Notes under the pieces: model-generated
Databases searched by the model: none
What the model saw: only the letters and a program-made list of their open reading frames with translations
What the model was told of the DNA's origin: nothing
Part shown: one piece after another, positions 59,169 through 64,000 of the stretch
Layout of the letters: each line of letters begins with the position of its first letter
Numbering within the stretch: the first letter of the stretch is position 1
Source: Eledone cirrhosa
Taxonomy: Eukaryota
Direction: 5' to 3'
NCBI GenBank assembly: GCA_964016885.1
Contig: OZ024743.1
Location: forward strand, 213,528,001-213,592,000
DNA length: 64,000 nt
Made by a program: the position numbers and the translations under genes

Positions 59169-59270
59169 ATTCTCTACCCACACGAAATCGTTTTCCTTAT
59201 TGTTTAACGCTTTGGTTGATATCTCAATGATACTGGTTGATATCTCAATGATACTGTAAGACACGGGAGC

Positions 59271-59291
<21 letters not shown>

Positions 59292-59317
<26 letters not shown>

Positions 59318-60003
59318 GACATAAAATAAGAAAATTATAAAAATTAACTTACTAAAATTTCAATCCAACTAATTAGTTTCTGAAAGGGAATAAACATGGT
59401 TCCCAAATGGAAAGTAGGAGAAGCCGTTTCGTCATCAGGAAGTCTGTTCTCAGCTAAGTTACCAGGCGATGCGTGGACACAGGGAACTTATACAAACATA
59501 ATTCAGTGGATGGAAAAAAGCAAGTGTGGTCTAAATTCCAAGACATTGAAAAAATCACTGCCTACTTGGTCGGTGGCTAATTCAAAAGAATCAATCACCT
59601 GACATCGAAGTTAATCAGTGAGGAGTGGGGTGTTATAAAGACAGTAGCCGAGCCATTACTATGAACTATAGTAGCAGTTTTGGAAAATTTTTGCCCAACA
59701 AAATAATTTGGAGATAATTATAAAGAATTAGTATATCTACCACAATATATATACAGATGCATATCTATGCTAGCCGACCTATGTCACCGACCAAGTAGGC
59801 AGTGATTTTTTCAATGTCTTGGAATTTAATCCACGCTTGCTTTTTTCCATCAATGAATTATTTTTGTATAAGTTCCCTGTGTCCACGCATCGCCTGGTAA
59901 CTTAGCTGAGAACAGACTTCTTGATGACGAACCGGCTTCTCCATGCTTTCCATTTGGAAACCATGTTTATTCCCTTTCAGAAGCTAATTAGTTGGATTGA
60001 AAT
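59292..60003 (-). mobile_element. Family F3 element (unit plus inverted arm 59785-60003)
   Basis: Homologous to 43355-43820. Confidence 0.8.
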
Positions 60004-60534
60004 CTATGTCAACATATATTATAATGACATTTTGTCATCTGTTTAATACATTAAGATTATCTCATCTGATAGAACTAAGTAGATGAAACCAAACCAAATC
60101 TGAAATAACGGAACATAAAATCACGAAGAAAGTGTGTTTCATTTAATATAGAATATCTCCATCTATTTAATCATTTTCACTTTGTTTACGTCTATATAAC
60201 TGAAGATAAACTAATCTTCTCATACAGTAGAACATATCATCTGTTAATCTATGTCTTGCTTCTTTAATTTATTTATGTATCTTTGCATTATGTAAATTTA
60301 CATTTAGTTTCACCTTTCCCAAGTATCATTAATAATAGCAATCGTTATTCTAATATGTAAGAATATATTTATATGTAAAATCATTAGTATACGAGTGCTC
60401 GTAATTTCAGTTAAACTTCCCAATAATCTTACTTCGGATATTTTATTGTCATATATGCACTGGAACAAAAGTAAAAGAAAAAATAGAGTGTAAAGTAATT
60501 GAAATTTATTGTTAAAAAACGGTGATTTCCCCTA

Positions 60535-60583
<49 letters not shown>

Positions 60584-61226
60584 TAATATTTGATGAACAT
60601 TTACATGTTATAGTTGCAATTGACTAATAAGATCGCTAGAGTGAAAAATCTTAATTCAACAACATAAGGTCTGCCTGTACGATCTAGTAAATAATAAATC
60701 AATACTCACAGACTCATATGGGCAAAAAGCCTTGGTACCTAGACACGTTTAAAATTCAAAATACAAACTTTTTCCGCAGATCGGGCAGAACTTCAAACTT
60801 CAAACATGTTTCACAAAGGATGGTATAATAGTAAAATAATTAACTAATTAGCAGTGAGTTAATCAACTTGTTCTGTGTTTATCAATAGGCACCCAGATAA
60901 AAATAAAATAACTCAACCTTAGAAAAATATCTAAGGTCTGGTTAGCGTAGCGAAAATACACGAGGTTTTGCACACGGCTTATTCCAGTCCTCTAACGTCC
61001 CACACATAGTGCTAGAAATAACAGCCGTTTGTATGGGATTACAAAATTCAGCTCACCTTGGAGAGCAGTGATAAATAGCTTAGAGTTTAGACTCAGAGAG
61101 GTCATTTACAATCATTTCAGCTCTAGGAATTGCAAAAAATATTTACCTTACAAACGAAACGAAATTTAATTTCGTTTCGTTATTTGTTTTTATCGTCTCC
61201 GTTGAACCGGTACGTACTCACACTCT

Positions 61227-61274
61227 ATGCAAATTGGTCTGCCCACTACTAATTTTCATAGAAAAAGCATATAA
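61227..61274 (+). promoter_or_regulatory. Candidate internal promoter: octamer ATGCAAAT + TATA
   Basis: Octamer at 61227-61234 and TATAA at 61270. The same motifs and spacing occur on the minus strand at 57726-57679 and in unit 2. Confidence 0.45.
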
Positions 61275-61319
61275 CGATATGTGCTTTTACGATTCTCCAG
61301 AAAGGCCGGTAGATAGGTA

Positions 61320-61364
61320 AATATTGCTGATGAGTTGTAACAACAACGAAACTAGTTCAATATT
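61320..61364 (+). ncRNA. Canonical minimal type I hammerhead ribozyme
   Basis: AAUAUUG-CUGAUGA-GUUGU(aaca)ACAAC-GAA-ACUAGU-U-CAAUAUU; stems I and II are perfect and stem III is palindromic. Confidence 0.9.
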
Positions 61365-61652
61365 CCTTGTCTGGCTTTCTGGAGAATAGAGGAAAGCTGT
61401 TTCCTCAAAAACCAGTATGACTCTAAAAACCAGTTTGTCTGTGTGTTTACATACGGAATAGCTGGATACTCACAGTAAAGTAACCAGTGAAAGACTTGGT
61501 ACATCTACATATGTATACGTGTGTGTATTCATATGCATACTAGTATTTCAGTATGCATATGTAGATGTACATTTTTAACTTAATTGTTTAAGCGTCAGTC
61601 ATACAAAAGTGAGTTACAAACGAAACGAAATTTAATTTCGTTTCGTTATTTG

Positions 61653-61717
<65 letters not shown>

Positions 61718-61725
<8 letters not shown>

Positions 61726-62509
61726 AATACATGAAACAATCACAGGGGATAATTTGTAAAGTGTGTAAGAACACACAGCTAGGTAGGTAACTAATTAAAG
61801 TTTAACTAGAACTTCAAATATAGATACCTTTTAAAATGATTAATCTTCCTCGTATATATTTCATTAAAGAAGTATAGTTTCACCATTAATCCGTAAATCA
61901 CAGTAGTCAAATCCCGAATTTTCAACAAGGGAGAAGATTTAACGATCTGTGTTTACACAGTAAATGCAAATCTGCGAATGACGCGTCGCACGTGTTGCAT
62001 AAAAAAAAAAAATACACACACCGTACCAGCGTTATCCCAGTGGCGTGAATAGGATTATCGACAGCTAGAAATAGCAGCCGAGTCCATTCAAGTGAATTAG
62101 CTCTACAATTAGGGGGCCGTTATTATATCCAAAATTAAAGTAAGGGTGTCATGTCCGAAAGACATGCACAATATCCACAGTAGAATATGCTCAAAGATTC
62201 CAATGAATAGATCCGAGCATTTTATATCAACTAGAAATTGATTGACATATATATATATATATATAAAATAAACACATGAAACAATCACAGAGGATAATTA
62301 GTAAAGTCTGTAAGCACACACAGCTAGGTAGGTAACTAATTAAAGTTTATCTAGAACTTCAAATATAGATACCTTTTAAAATGATTAATCTTCCTTGTAT
62401 ATATTTCATTAAAGAAGTATATTTCGGATCTACTCAATGGAATCTTTGAGCATATTCTACAGTGGATATGGCGCGTGTCTTTCGGACATGACACCCTTAA
62501 TTTAATTTT

Positions 62510-62514
<5 letters not shown>
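61718..62514. repeat. Composite repeat: direct copies 61718-61877 and 62263-62420; inverted copies 62125-62216 and 62424-62514
   Basis: Direct sequence comparison. Confidence 0.75.
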
Positions 62515-62599
<85 letters not shown>

Positions 62600-62660
62600 C
62601 ATCATCATCACCATCACCGTTTTACGTCCGTTCTTCCACGCTAGCATGGGTTAGACGGAC

Positions 62661-62710
<50 letters not shown>

Positions 62711-62712
<2 letters not shown>

Positions 62713-62902
62713 GGAACAAGTAAGACCCCGACGGCTGAGCTCAAGCCGTTTCGACGGCTAATTCTGTACAGAATTAGCTGTCGAAACGGCTTGAGCTCAG
62801 CCGTCGGGGTCTTACTTGTTCCTATTACCCACTCTACTACCCTAAGTATTGAGTACTTTGGTGCGTTATGGTCCACCTTGTTCCTTACCACATTTCCTTC
62901 GT

Positions 62903-62903
<1 letters not shown>
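62711..62903 (+). mobile_element. Family F1 fold-back element
   Basis: Near-perfect palindrome centred at 62767-62768. Confidence 0.85.
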
Positions 62904-63000
<97 letters not shown>

Positions 63001-63108
63001 GATATATATATATGTGTATGTAGATATATATATATGTGTATGTACATATATATATATATATGTATGTATATATATATAGATATATATATGTATATATATA
63101 TAGATATA

Positions 63109-63204
<96 letters not shown>

Positions 63205-63500
63205 TGCAAAAGTTCTATTTAAATTGTTGGGATACAACAAGCAAATATTTTTATAACTGATATAAAGCACTGAACAAATATTTGGAGTAAACATACGATA
63301 TTAACAAATGGAAACTATATTTATAAAACCATATTTATTTCATTATACATATTTCAAGGACACCAAGTTAAATTATGGTGTGCTTTCATCAGACAAAATA
63401 TAATATAGATCAGTTTTATAAATAAATATTGACATACCCTTAAAAAATGCAACCATTACTGTTGGAAGTTCCCGGATATATATATATATATATATGTATG

Positions 63501-63541
<41 letters not shown>

Positions 63542-63545
63542 GTAT

Positions 63546-64000
63546 GAACTCCTCGCTCTCCGCTCCCTCCGTAGCCGAGATGACATCGTCATCAAACCGG
63601 CGGACAAGGGAGGCGCCGTAGTGGTATGGCGCGTGGACCTCTACACGGCCGAAGCCCTCAGGCAGCTCCGTAACCCCCTTTTTACCGCCCTCTACCCTCC
63701 GATCCCACCCCCCTCTACCAACAACAAGTCTCCTCCACCATCAAAGACCTTATCGCCTCCTCCCTCTTCCCCTCACCGCTTCCCACCTCATCGTCCGCAC
63801 CCCCCGCACTCCCACCATCTACTTCCTCCCCAAACTCCCCAAACCACACAACCCCGGCCGCCCCATCGTCTCCGCTTACAACTGCCCCACCGAACTCATC
63901 TCCGCCTTTCTCTAATCCCTCCTCGCCCCCCTTGTCACCACCCTCCCCTCCCACATCTCCGACTCCAATCACGCCCTGCGCCTTTTCGACTCCTTCACCT
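63546..64000 (+). mobile_element. Penelope-like element RT N-terminal fragment (runs off the window)
   Basis: DDIVIKPADKGGAVVVW, ..PTIYFLPKL.K..PGRPIVSAYNCPTELISAFL; starts at a (TA)n tract. Confidence 0.88.

Larger units (their letters stand above)
54497..60458. repeat. Long inverted duplication: arms 54497-55336 and 59043-60458 (right arm interrupted by F3)
   Basis: Three colinear blocks match as reverse complements in mirrored order. Confidence 0.8.
61148..61659 (+). mobile_element. Retrozyme-like 1.1-mer: 466-bp period with an exact 46-bp terminal direct repeat
   Basis: TTACAAACGAAACGAAATTTAATTTCGTTTCGTTATTTGTTTTTAT at 61148 and 61614; internal HHR; ends in (TA)n. Confidence 0.78.

Overview
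AT-rich, microsatellite-saturated eukaryotic DNA with no convincing host gene. The SINE families and the (TA)n/(CA)n/(AAT)n load suggest an octopod cephalopod (inference from recalled SINE motifs). Recognisable coding DNA is all transposon-derived: a near full-length, decayed Tx1/L1-clade LINE inside a ~30-bp minisatellite (484-6162); a head-to-tail array of four R4/Dong-clade RLE retrotransposons in (TAA)n (17.8-27.0 kb); three Penelope-like element (PLE) coding remnants; and RTE, hAT and mariner relics, MITEs and SINEs. The main hidden signal is a set of short non-coding elements, most inserted in (TA)n, carrying type I hammerhead ribozymes (HHRs). I count by eye seven with canonical cores, about seven with variant or degenerate cores, and several half-ribozymes, across many unrelated sequence families. 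Two related ~455-466-bp elements look like retrozymes: a tandem or 1.1-mer layout, a minimal HHR with palindromic stem III, and a conserved octamer+TATA module upstream. Many of the others are fold-back insertions whose inversion point falls in or next to the HHR core or stem II. All RNA folds were read manually and none has been tested.
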